A DNA stretch of 63,379 bases, the filler included, from Hyphochytrium catenoides (lineage: Eukaryota > Protista > Hyphochytriomycota), in the NCBI GenBank assembly GCA_900088475.1. It is 9 parts of 9 records of this genome, joined end to end, with 100 filler letters (N's around TTAATTAATTAA, not from the genome) between each part and the next. Parts side by side here need not be neighbours in the genome. Positions count along the whole stretch, not along the records: positions 1 to 6,111 come from FLMG01002772.1; positions 6,212 to 20,553 come from FLMG01004671.1; 7 more parts are not named here. The stretch is one strand, 5' to 3'. The translations under genes were made by a program, and so were the position numbers. The notes under the pieces were generated by a model. The model ran no database searches, was not told the DNA's origin, and saw nothing but the letters and a program-made list of their open reading frames with translations. Positions 1 to 10,912 of this stretch are shown here, piece by piece. Every line of letters starts with the position of its first letter. The stretch's first letter is position 1.

Positions 1-178
1 GTACATGACGTGTCTCTTTGACTGCCCTTGACCCCAATGGTTTTTTGCCAGCGTGGCCGAGACTTTTGTCCCTCTTGCTGCGCTTATACTGCTGGACCTT
101 GCCTAGCATATTACTGACGGTATCTACTTCCCCTTCTCGTAATCTGTCCCCCTCTTTCCGTTGGCCATTTGCCATTAG

Positions 179-1232
179 GGGAGAGTTTATAACCATTGAT
201 ACTACGGACATTCTGTTCATCTGCGGAGGAGCTTTCTCAGGGCTTGAGCGCATCATCAGCCACCGCACAGCACGCGCTTCAATAGGGTTCGGTGCTCAGA
301 TGCGCCAGACTGCCCTACATGACTCTCTTGTGCAGGGTGCGCTCTTTGAGCAGGCAGAGCCACACGATCTCATCCAGTATGGACTTATCCCCGAATTTGT
401 GGGCAGATTTCCCATGCTGGTGAGATGCAAAGCCATGGGTGGTTGGCTGTTGACTGGACGGGAGCAGCTGTCATGTTAAAGAAGTGAAGGCGTTCGTTAA
501 GCAGTCGTTTGCACCTATTCTCTACTCTAACGCTCAGTATCTTCTGCTGCGAGAAGTCTGCACGTTCAGTACTGACAACTTTTATCTCCTTCAGGTCAGC
601 ACCTCAGGCTTGACAGTGGATGAGATGGTCCGCGTCCTCACCGAGCCTCGGAACGCTCTAGTCAAGCAGTATCAGGCGCTCTTTAGCATGAACGGGGTAG
701 ACTTCTTCATAGACAGGAAAGCGCTAGAAACTGTTGCAGAGCAGGCCATTAGGAAGAACACGGGCGCAAGAGGACTGAGGGCCATCCTTGAGCGGGTGCT
801 GTTAGACAGCATGTACACTGTCCCAGATGCCCATAACATTCACGCCATCTACGTTGATGAGGAAGCAGTCAAGGGAGAACGGCCACCTATCTTGCTGTCG
901 GGCGACGTCTCGTTGGAGGACTATGTCTCCAGTTCTATGGTAAAGGGCCTTCTCTGTCTTGGTCACACTTGTTGGCAGCGGGCTTTGGCTATCAGGACCC
1001 ACTATCATCACCTTTGCTGTCCTTGTAGCTCTCTTTATCCTTGCTCGAATTGCCCTCCCTCTGCGCAAGGCGCTACTCAATGTCCTTGCTATTATGAACG
1101 CGCTTCTCCAGGCCCTATCATAGAAGCTGACACTCCTTTTCCGCCCTTTCGCAGTCTTCAAGCAAGAAAGGGAAAGCTAACAAGGAAGAAGTAGAACCAG
1201 ATATGGAAGAGCAGGTGGACACGGGATTGTAA
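179..1232 (+). CDS. CLPX: ATP-dependent Clp protease ATP-binding subunit ClpX, 3' exons (5' end outside window)
   Basis: Exons 179-419, 595-939 and 1155-1232 join through GT-AG introns. They read [23 protein letters not shown]...[11 protein letters not shown]|VSTSGL...[16 protein letters not shown]...[12 protein letters not shown], which are ClpX AAA+ motifs. Stop TAA at 1230-1232. Confidence 0.93.
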
Positions 1233-2240
1233 GGCCAGTTCTGTCCTTTGTACCGTCCTTATTGTATGCAGAATCTCCGCACAGACCGGGAACAGAAGTG
1301 ATCTGAGGCAAAGGAGCAAGACAGGAGTGTAGCAGAGCAGAACCCACTTTCTATTCGCCCCCAGGTGATAGGCCTGCACTCCTCTAGTAGGGAGGCGCAC
1401 TTCGAGGAACAGCGCCACCGCCACCGGAGAGCGTTTAGAGGAAGAATGAGGAACTCTACATGACCCCTAGCGTTAGAGACTGGCTTGTTACTGAGAGAGA
1501 AGTGTGGGATGAAGAGAATAGGCCGTGACTCTTTCCACCTCAGAGTGTTCTTTCTCTCTTTTTTCTCGCTGTGCACCTTATAGCATGGACGCTCACTAGC
1601 ATAAGACGAATGAGAGGATATGGCTGTTTTGTTCTCGTGCTTGCTCTGTTAAAACGTTAGACAATATAGGGTCATGTCACCAGCAGATGAAGATCAACAC
1701 TCAGTAGAGAGGCAGGCACATGATTGATGATCATGCTAGGAGGTTCCCTAGCCATTCTGGATGTTAAGAGTACCCTCCTGGTATTACGAACGTTGCTTCA
1801 CAAGGTAGCGAATGCACCTGGATGCCCTCCATTAGAAGGAATGGGAGACTAAGCTCAAACTAAGCAGCAAAAATCTCCACCTCCCTGAGCTGTTCTTAGT
1901 GCTCTGTAGGCCCTAGGGGCCCTTTAGGAGCCATCGCCGCAGACAAAAAGTTCTAAGGACTATAGTGGATATCAGAGTCATCCAGACGAGCTACTCCTCC
2001 TCTTCGATAGCGTTGTGACCTCAGCCAGAACAGGCAAAAGAGTAGCGCCTCTCTCCTTTCATAGGCGACTGCCGTCGTGATAAATGTAGATCGATACTAA
2101 GAGCAGTCAGGAGAGAGCTTAGACGGCGAATAGTAGGAATGGCCACCTCAGCCACGTCTACCTTTTCACGTCTCAAACAGTACGACCAGGGCCGCTGTGG
2201 TCATCCAACACCAAGCTAAGGTTGAGATGTCCTGTGAGCA

Positions 2241-3915
2241 CTAAGCACACGGCTGATACTCTGTGTGCTTCTGATTCGCGATGTGTTCGTCACCCAGACT
2301 GCTCTGTCGTCTCCACAGGCTTCCGGTGTGTCTAACAAATCTAGGAAATGTCAAATAGAAGCAGGGGAGCTGGCACCTGCCAGTGATAGGCTAGGTAGAA
2401 GGACGAGACAGATATAGGGCATACCTGTAGCCATCTGCATTCATTCGCAGTGCTATCTTCGCTGTGTTCCTAGCATCTACAATCCCCGAGTGCGCCGTGC
2501 CCTCAAACTCCAAGCCTAGACTCTCTACTGCACCCTGAAGCCCTGCTCACAACGCACAGAACAAGATCGATAAGTCGGTGAGTCAGGCAAAATGTCTCCT
2601 GGCCAGCGGAGGAAGAAAAGAGCGCCCTGTAGGAACGGACACCGGCTGTCCCTCATCCTCACCTCCTCTAAACTCTCCCTTATGATACTTCCTCGCAAAG
2701 AGTTGTCGAAGGTCTATCCAGTTCTGATAGTACTCTGGCATGGAAAGGCCATACGCATCGCACTGTGCAGAAAGGACTCTGAGGTCTGCATCGCTCCACG
2801 TTACGAAGGCAAAGCGCGTGCCGCTCGAGGACTCATCATACTTGGTTTTGGTCCCTTCTCTCTTCTCACGTAAGGGACCCACATAGGTTGACAGCCATTC
2901 ATGAGCGCGGACTAACACCTCATTTAGCCCCGGTCCTGCACTGACTTGAGCCTAGTTCGGATGCCAAAGAGTTAATTATATCATGAAGCCTGGCCAGAAA
3001 CGAGATGAGAAGAGGTCCCACCTGCGTTATGCCTGTGAGCTTCTTGCAGAAGGTGGAGAGAGTGGGATTATACTGGGGCCGGCTGTATCTCTGGAATTCT
3101 CCAGCGATGTAGGGCTTCGGAAAGCGCTTAACCATCACAGCGGCAAACTCAATGATCTCCTGCGTGGGCGGGACCAGCGTGTTCCGTCTATTATCGCAGG
3201 TCCACTCAAAGTCCATGACGATTAGGTAGTCAAACTCCCTAGGAGGACGAGACAGAGCCAAGGCTCGCTTCCGTGGAGCGATATCTTTAGGGCTTGGATT
3301 CCGAAGAAACGACCAGGCAGAGGAGGAAGACGAAGCTCCTCGTCCTTTCCTGTCAACGTGCTTTCCCACGTCTGCAGAGCTTTGTTCCTCTTGACAAGAT
3401 GACGGCTCGCAAAAGCTGCGCAGCAGATTTGTCGCATGTACCGGCGCTGGTTGAACCGATGGGGTGGTGACTTCAAGAAGTGGCAAGGCTCCGCTTGATC
3501 TGTCTGAGGGGCCCTTACACGAGTCATTCAGGGTCGAGGCCTGCGACTCCGATGTTGCACTTTTCAAGGGAGTTGAGCTGTTCGTCTTGGCGTTTAGCTG
3601 AGAACACTGAGTCCCTTCCGGTGCAATCTCCTTCTGAGAAGTGCTGTGGAAGGAAAACGAAGGTATCGAATCGCTGGTGGCAGTAATTTGTCGCTGAGAC
3701 TGGTTACTTGCAGCCGCTGAAGACAAAGCTTGTTCCAGCAAGAGTTGGGTCTCAATCTTCTGGAGCAAGAGAGGGCTAGCGCCCACGGTTCGACTCCTCT
3801 TCAACTTCTCTAGCGCCAACAAACGGTTGGAATTGACGCGCTTTTTCTGCAGCTGCAGATCAGCGGCCTGCTCAACCGCAGGCAACGCACTGAGGCCGCC
3901 TTCTGCCGCGGCCAT
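2241..3915 (-). CDS. ERI1/ERI2-family DEDDh 3'-5' exoribonuclease with long Ser-rich N-terminal extension
   Basis: Exons 3915-3022, 2951-2663, 2542-2425 and 2340-2241, all GT-AG. Motifs: YLIVMDFEWTC, EIIEF, RPQYNPTLSTFCKKLTGITQ, FVTWSDADL, WIDLRQLF, GLEFEGTAHSGIVDARNTAKI. Confidence 0.9.
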
Positions 3916-4429
3916 GTTTAAAGGCTTTCGCCCTTAGAAAAAGGCTTTCTCGTCTGGTTAGGCGACTGCATCCAGGGCTTGATCTTTCGTCCTCTTGCCA
4001 TCCTTAGCAAGGCCAATTGGTCTACCTCTGATGTCTCCTCCACCTTACGGGGGGAGCTATAATTGTCGACCAAGGGCGGCCGACATCGAGTATAAACTGG
4101 GCGCTTACTTGACCTCTTTAGCTGCGTGAGAGGTTCTTAGAGATGGAGGAAAATGAATCAACAAGTTACATTGCGTTTATCTAGGACTAGGACATGAGAA
4201 GATAAGATCAATTTAGTGCGACCTAGGCGCTTCCCAGTTGACTTGCAAGCAGCCAGAGAGACAGAGAGGGAAGGCGCTGCAAGGAAAAGCACTGGCAAGA
4301 GCCGTCACGGCTTACGAGCCGCCCCCTGTCGGCAACAGGAGGGACATCAGAGGTTGACAGCACTTCACGCGAAGGTAGCGGAGGAGTTGGCGGTGTTTCA
4401 GCGCTTCCTGTCCCGCTGTAGGCTAACTG

Positions 4430-5045
4430 CTTAGTTCTCCTTCCAGCTTTGACTGAGAGCCATTCCCGGCTGCCTCTATCTGTTGCTGCTTATTGACGGA
4501 CGTTGCTGCTTCTTTGCTATTCAGTGCGGACACTCTTGGATGCGCGGGGCGGCTGCTTGTGATCTATCCGTCTTGTCCTCTACTCTCCGTTCCCTGGTCT
4601 CCGCTCCCGCCCATCAACAAAGCAGAAGAATGTTTGAAGCACGCGGGGAAATCAAATCAATCAAAGTCTCCTTGTCAGTTATCAGTCACTGCCCCAGTAA
4701 CAGTCGGGTCTTCCTCCAGATCTCAACTTTTCTTCTGACGGAGTATCAAAGTTCCCCTTCCCTTGGTCTCTCTTTGAACCTCGCTACATGCGAGCTGTGG
4801 TGGCCTTCTCGACCTCGTCTCTGGATGACTGTCCCCCGGCGATTGACTGAACGTGTCTCTCCATCTGGAGTAGTGCTTCTTGGGGCTCCTATAGGCTCCC
4901 CAGCCTTTGTTTCTTCCTTCTTGTCTTCCCTCTTTGCTCGCCTCCTTTCTATTGATTCTCTTCTCGACCAAGTTGAGGACCTCCAAGTTCGTCTCGCCAT
5001 TCTTCGAGCCTGCCTGAGCGTGGTCAAGATCAATCACCTGCCTCT
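4430..5045 (+). mobile_element. Degenerate non-LTR retrotransposon (CRE-like) reverse transcriptase fragment
   Basis: LGLSLNLATCELWWP...GVVLLGAPIGSPAFV...LAILRACLSVVKINHL matches the RT domain-7/thumb region of CRE/R2-group elements. The catalytic YLDD region is not visible. Confidence 0.65.
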
Positions 5046-5099
5046 GCCCAAAGAGCAGCATAATCTCCTTCATTCCAGCGAACCAGACGGTCCATCAAG

Positions 5100-5940
5100 A
5101 GTTTAGAGGTCTTCCTAGAGCGAGCATGCTTAGTGCGGCTTCCACCCCGAGCTGAGCTGTCCAACGTAGAACAGCTTTAAGGAACAGAAAGAGCAAAGAC
5201 CAGGATGAGAGAGAGTTAACCCGAACACAAGTATCCATGAGTCTACAGAGAGAAGCGGCGCAGAGAGGACGAGGAGCAGCCGGGACGTACGTAAGAGTAG
5301 GAATCTCGTTACGAGGACAGAGAGAATATCCCGCAGAGAGAATATCCGGCGAGGGACGAGAGAGAACAGAATGGAGGAGGTTGGACAGGAGGGACAAGAT
5401 GGGCTCCCAGAGGTGAGTTTGGGGGGGACGGAGAAGCAGCAGAGAAGGGAGCAGGTGGTCGAGGCCCAGCTGGAGCAGGAGAGGCGACAGCAGGCGCAGA
5501 CGCAGACGAGGAATGTCTGTCATTCACAGTCGCCGCGGAAAGAGCAGGCGCTGGAGAAGGAGAGGATAAGGCAGGAAGGGCTTGAGGAGGCGGCTGCCGG
5601 ACCAGGTGAGAAGAAGCCGAGAGGGGAGCGGAGGGACAGGCAGGTTGACTGGATGAAAAGCGAGGGCCAGGGCATTTGTGAGGACGACCTCTCCTGTTGT
5701 CTTGGGTAGAAAGAATAGCGCCACAGCCCGAAGGACAATATGCCCAATAGAAGGGAGGAAAGAAGAGATAGAGACGACATCCTCCGGCTTGTTACGGTGC
5801 CGAGCTCCAACTAAATGCTGAATAAGCGACACACAGTTGGATGAGAAGGCTAAGTCAGCGGCACAACCCGGCACAGGGCAGGATAGGCGCTGCTCAGAGG
5901 AAGAAGGAGCAGCGCCAGGGCCCTGCGAGCGACCTAACAT
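5100..5940 (-). mobile_element. Degenerate CRE-like retrotransposon N-terminal region (zinc finger and pre-RT region), frameshifted
   Basis: C2H2-like SCPVPGC...LIQHLVGARH, then a Pro-rich linker, then IPTLTYVPAAPR...SWSLLFLFLKAVLR, which resembles the conserved pre-RT block of CRE elements. Split over several reading frames. Confidence 0.55.
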
Positions 5941-6111
5941 TGAGACGGAGCGTCGCCCGAGGCAGGATCTCTGGCCGTAGCCACAGAACTCTCACGGCCA
6001 TCGAGCGATTCCTCATCCATAGGCTCCAGATCCCCATTGTGGGGAGTCGAGATTGAAGTAGGGTTCCCAAGATGAGGCTTATCATTAGGCGAACACCTCG
6101 AACGCTTACTC

Positions 6112-6211
6112 NNNNNNNNNNNNNNNNNNNNNNNNNNNNNNNNNNNNNNNNNNNNTTAATTAATTAANNNNNNNNNNNNNNNNNNNNNNNNNNNNNNNNN
6201 NNNNNNNNNNN
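6112..6211. other. Artificial scaffold-joining spacer (44 N + TTAATTAATTAA + 44 N)
   Basis: The same 100-bp design with stops in all six frames recurs eight times in the window. Confidence 0.97.
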
Positions 6212-7789
6212 CATCACTCCACCGCCAGGGTCGAAGAGAATTGAAGCTCGTGTACCATCGGGGTTCCCGTCTCCTATCCCGATGGCACGGAGGCTTCATT
6301 TCTTGGCCGGACGGCCTCCTCTCCTCTGAGACTTCTTCCATGCGGCAACGCACTCCTTCCACGCCGCCCAATAGTCCGCGTCGCCCGCGTCCCTATGAGG
6401 TTTATTAGGGCAATCGTCGGCGTCGGCACGATGCCCAGGATTTCCACACCCAAAGCACAAGGGGACGTTGGGGTTCTGAGGGCGGCCTGAGCCGTCACCA
6501 GCCGGGTGTTCTCCCAAAAGCCTCCTCAGTTGCGCCCTGTTTTTCTGGCTCAACTCCATTGAACGGAGCGCGTTCAGGTGATGAGTGGCGTTTGGAGAAG
6601 GAGTCTCGTTGGCACCCCGACTCTTCCCTCCTCTTCCGTAGGCTTGGAAGTGTACCTCCTCCAAGTCATATAGGCGGTCCAACATCTCATCGACAGACTT
6701 GAAGGTGTAGAACTCCACTGCGTCTTCTCATAGATATGAGGGACTCCAAAGGTGAGGTCATACAACCGCTGCATCAGCACCTCCTCCTTCATGCTGAAGC
6801 AGTTCAGGCGCAAGTTGTCGAACTCTCTAAGGTACCGTTCGACATTTTCATCCCGTTTGCAAGGCTGCATCAGGGAAAGTTGTCGGCGGGACCTTTCTTC
6901 CAGGAGATGGCACTTGTGCTTCTTCAGCAGTGCCTTGGCGAGTTCACTCCACGTTGCCTGCGTCCGGTTGCCCTTGTTCGCTCTTGACTGCAGCCATGCG
7001 TGGAGCCAGGATTCCGCCTTATCTTTGAGGTAACTCGAGGCAAGGGTGCCTCTGGTGACCCCGTCCAAATCCCCTTGGAGGGAGAGAAACTTGTCCATTG
7101 CCCGCACCCATTGAATGGTAGCGAGAGGAGAAGCAGTCGCACCACCGCGAAACTCCGTGGGCTTGTGGATCAGCTTCGTCAGATCCCAGTGGCTCGATGC
7201 CGGTTTGCTTCTTCCTTGCGAGGCAATCCCCATCTCCACGCCTTCGTCTGATTCCAAAGCTGCATCACTCTGAGGGTCTGCCTCGTCCGGGGTGGACAAG
7301 CCCATGCCTGTGATTAAGCGCTCTAACTTCACTGCACTGTGCGGGGCAGCAAACCCCGGGCGCTCATCAGCATCCGCGTAAACAACCTGCTTCTTCTTCT
7401 TCTGAACTGCAGCAGCAGGTGTGAACAATCCTCCCAACCAACTTTCCTTGGTTGGATTTCTTGTGTCACCACCTTCCCTACCTGCCTTCTCGGTGGGAGT
7501 CGACAAGACCAGCGGGGTCTTTGCCGTGGCGGGGACGTTGAACGTGCTGTCCTCGCTCTCGATCTGCTTGTCCGCGACAAGGAGAGACTTGAGATCCTCA
7601 AGATGGGCAGCATTCGGTCGCCTGAAGTTGGTCCTGAAGACCACTCAGGATCTTAGCCAGGGTCTGAACCCGACTTTCCAATTGAGCAACCTGTGCTCCA
7701 GAGCCGTCATCCGGCCAGCGCTGACAACCGACTGCGCGTAAGCCGGTGGAGGCGCGGATGAGGGCTGCGATGGGTTCAAGTCAGTCATG
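6212..7789 (-). pseudogene. Ty3/gypsy-type gag (frameshifted) followed by start of putative aspartic protease; truncated by scaffold end
   Basis: Capsid-like KPTEFRGG...QWVRAMDKFL...LASSYLKDKAESWL...VERYLREFDNL, zinc knuckle CFGCGNPGHRADADDC, then ILFDPGG after the gag stop. Frameshifts near 7700, 7620 and 6720. Confidence 0.85.
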
Positions 7790-8011
7790 TCTTCGACACT
7801 AATTGGGCAGTCACCAAACCTTTCCGTGACCCCGATTCACTAACCCGCAGTACTGTACTGAACGATAACACGAATTAACTCCTTGAGTTAGCCCGACAAG
7901 CTTGTAACAAACAACGGCGTCGACGGAGTGCGCACAGAAAAGTGGTTTCACAGCTGAAACCGAGGAGCTCGAAAGAGATCAACAAACCACAAGACCGAGG
8001 TTGTTAATCAT

Positions 8012-8023
8012 CATCAGCTACCA
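8012..8023 (-). promoter_or_regulatory. Primer-binding site of the LTR element (probably initiator tRNA-Met)
   Basis: Minus strand reads ...TACTACA|TGGTAGCTGATG. The TGG complements tRNA CCA and directly follows the CA end of the LTR. TGGTAGC resembles known iMet PBS sequences; the tRNA identity is inferred. Confidence 0.7.
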
Positions 8024-8768
8024 TGTAGTATGAGAATCTGATGCAGCTCTCAAGAGAGTGAGAGAGAGAGAAGGTGCTCTGTCTGTATTTTGGCTGGCCA
8101 GGCCTCAGTTCAGACAAGCACCACGTTAGCAAAGGGTCTTCTACTTCAGAAAGAAGTTTATTAACTCCGATATAGAGGGTAAGAGGGAATGAATCTCCCT
8201 TGCGAGAGAGTCAGTCTACCTGAGAATGCAAAGATAAAAGAGCAACATGCAAGAGAGTAAAGTCAACAGGCTATCCTAATAACATGCAAAGAGAAAGAGG
8301 GGAGAAAGGGAAAAGGAAGAGAGCATCGTTCGTCAGAGCCATCCGTTGCCAACTCTAGTCGGGACTACCCGTCCTGAGAGTACTCTCAAAGAGGAGAGGC
8401 TACCTCCCATAAACCGGTCCATCTGTGTTTAGTGTGCAGTCAGCAGGTGGTTAGCAGCCGTCAGAGGAGATATACATAATATAACACACTGTGTGCGGCT
8501 GACGAGAGACGCACGCCCAACGAGTGCAAAATGCATTCTTCTATTATACGCCCAGCAAAGGTACAGCTCCGTTTCGGCTCCGTGGGCTATGCAGCTTCCA
8601 CCCTGTTGGACATCATCATGGCGTTGACCGATGATTGCCCTGTCACTAGTGCAGCTGAACTCTTGAGCTTGAACCTCGGTAATATAGCTACGTACAGAAT
8701 AAAACCTGCACCCAACAAGCAATAACCTACTGCAGGCCAGCTCGTTTTGATGTCAATGCTCCTTCACA
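8024..8768 (-). repeat. Putative 5' LTR (TG...CA)
   Basis: The inner end is fixed by the PBS at 8024. The outer end is tentatively placed at TTCACA (8768). The second LTR lies outside the scaffold, so this boundary is unconfirmed. Confidence 0.5.
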
Positions 8769-10912
8769 GAGCTTGCAGTTAGTAGACTACTGTTTGATGG
8801 AGAACAAGAACAAGAGATGAGGATATGATGTACGTTGAAAATGAAGAGAGCAGCAAGAGAACGAAGTCGTAGGCCATGAAGGAGAAGAAAAGAAGAGCGA
8901 GGAAGCAGCAGGAAGTTCTTCAACTGGCCACCGACTGGGTCTGAGGAAAATCGACAGGAGGCGGCTGAGGGAGCACCGAGGAAGCCGAGAGTTTATCTTC
9001 TTCCTCTCCAATAATGGTGCGAGAGACGGCAAAGTCTTCCTTGATCCTCCTCTTGAACAATCAGAGCATATTAAATAAATAGAAGTAGGGGCGGAAGCAA
9101 CTTGAGGAGCAGGAGAAAGAGAAAATAAGAAGAGAGCGGAGAACAGTGAATAGCAGCGAGGAAGGTCGCGGAGGAAGGGGTCAATCGAATCGAACATTAA
9201 TCATACGGGCCGCCTCCTCGTTCTTCTTGTTTGCAGAGCCAAAGACACTTGTTTGATCCACCAAAACGATGCCGAAAGAAGCGTCATGGCGTTCGACGAC
9301 TGCAGCCGTCCGACGATCGGCTTGTTGGGCAGCCCAAACAGTATCTGCTACGAAGAAGGCTGCAACCGTGACAGATCTCCCGCCAAAAGAAGACTCCAGA
9401 AGAAGGACGTCAATCTGGTGGGCATCACAAGCAGCAAGATACTTAAGGCTTTTACGGTCCTCAACCGCAGTCATCTTGTCTTGCTTACTAGCAATAAACT
9501 GGCAAATACTTCTGGTGGAACATAGTAGCCAAGTGCTTCACGTTGGGATCTTTCTGCTTTGGTGCTTCCACAACTTTGCTGTCCTCTTCTCGATGGTTTG
9601 GCACCAACTTTGTTCCCTGTTGTTGACGAATTAGAGAAGTACAAAGCAGTATAAAATTATTAGCGGAATGCTGCCTACTGGGTGCCTAAAACATAATCAT
9701 GACCGCGGCGGCGTAGGCTTGATAGATGCTATGTGAAGTAGATAGACCAATAGTTGATGCTTCAGAGAAGTATTATGAGGCTCGCGGTTAGGGAGTTAAC
9801 TGTGTGCAGCAGCCTTGTAAAGCTTCTTCGCCAAAGTGATCGCGCTCCTCACTACTGATGGATGCTCTTCCCCCCCGGCATTATGGTCATTAATTGGTCT
9901 CATCGATTGGCGATGGCTTTATCATCTCTGCACACAAGAGTCTTCTTTGCCATTCATGATGAAGAAAATGCGCTTCATCAGAAGAGCTTGAATTGCATTC
10001 TTCCTCCTCTGCAGCAGTAGTTGGACCCTTCCTCCCTTGCCTGCTTGTTCCTTGTTGCCTGCTGGTCGACGAGTAGTCTGATGATGATCTCTGCGTTTCA
10101 TTCATGTTGTTCGCCTCCTCCTTCTTCAACTATTGTTATCATTGCTGAGGAGTTCACCGATGGCTCTCTTCCTGATCCAATAATGATTGTGGAGAGCTGC
10201 AGCAGGACAGCAATGAAGGAGGAGAGACCGACAACTCTTGTCCTCGTTCGGCTTCTACTACTTTTTTTCTGCTGCTGCTGCTACTTTTCCTCCTCCTCCT
10301 CCTCCTTACTTGCATCAATAAAGTTTGTTATTTTTCCCAGTATTATCCGAATAAATAGGGAGTAGGAAAAAAGAAATTAAGCGTTTTGTAAGGTTTTATT
10401 GAGATTTGTTTCCGCCAATATAAAAGAGAGACAACAGCGCTCGATCTGAGAGTCTCCTCCTCCAGGTGAGGAGGCGAGAGAAAGGTGACAGACAGAGTCC
10501 GTGATCTCTTGTCTCTTGTCACAGATCCATCGTTGTTGGCCACAGGCAGACAAGCAGTTCCAGAGTTCCAGAGTTCCAGAGACTGAGAAGGAGGAGAGAG
10601 CTTGGAGACAGTGCGTCACAAGCACAAGTCCATCGGTGGAAGGAAAGGGAAAGACGTAGATACCACCAGGACAAGCATCCTGTCGACAAGGTTGACAAGG
10701 GCGCTGGAGAAGCAGAAGAAGGAAGACGAGACTTGCTAGACCAGACAATGCGACAGAAGCGGATGTCTTCATTTCTTGAGCGAGACTGTCGATAGGGACG
10801 TCTGAACGCCAAACTCTTATCTCCTCCCTTGGCAGAGCCAGTGGACTGGCTATCTCCTTTCTTTCAGATACTTTGCACTGCTCTACTTCCTCATCCCCGT
10901 CTATCGGTCAAC

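Noticed and set aside
3780-3800. GGTTCGACTCC, a tRNA T-loop/B-box-like motif
   Set aside because: No cloverleaf or A-box is visible, and it lies antisense within the ERI coding exon.
6156-6167. Recurrent TTAATTAATTAA palindrome flanked by N runs (8 copies)
   Set aside because: It always sits at the centre of an exact 100-bp N spacer and has stops in all six frames. It is an assembly linker, so gene clustering across it is not biological.
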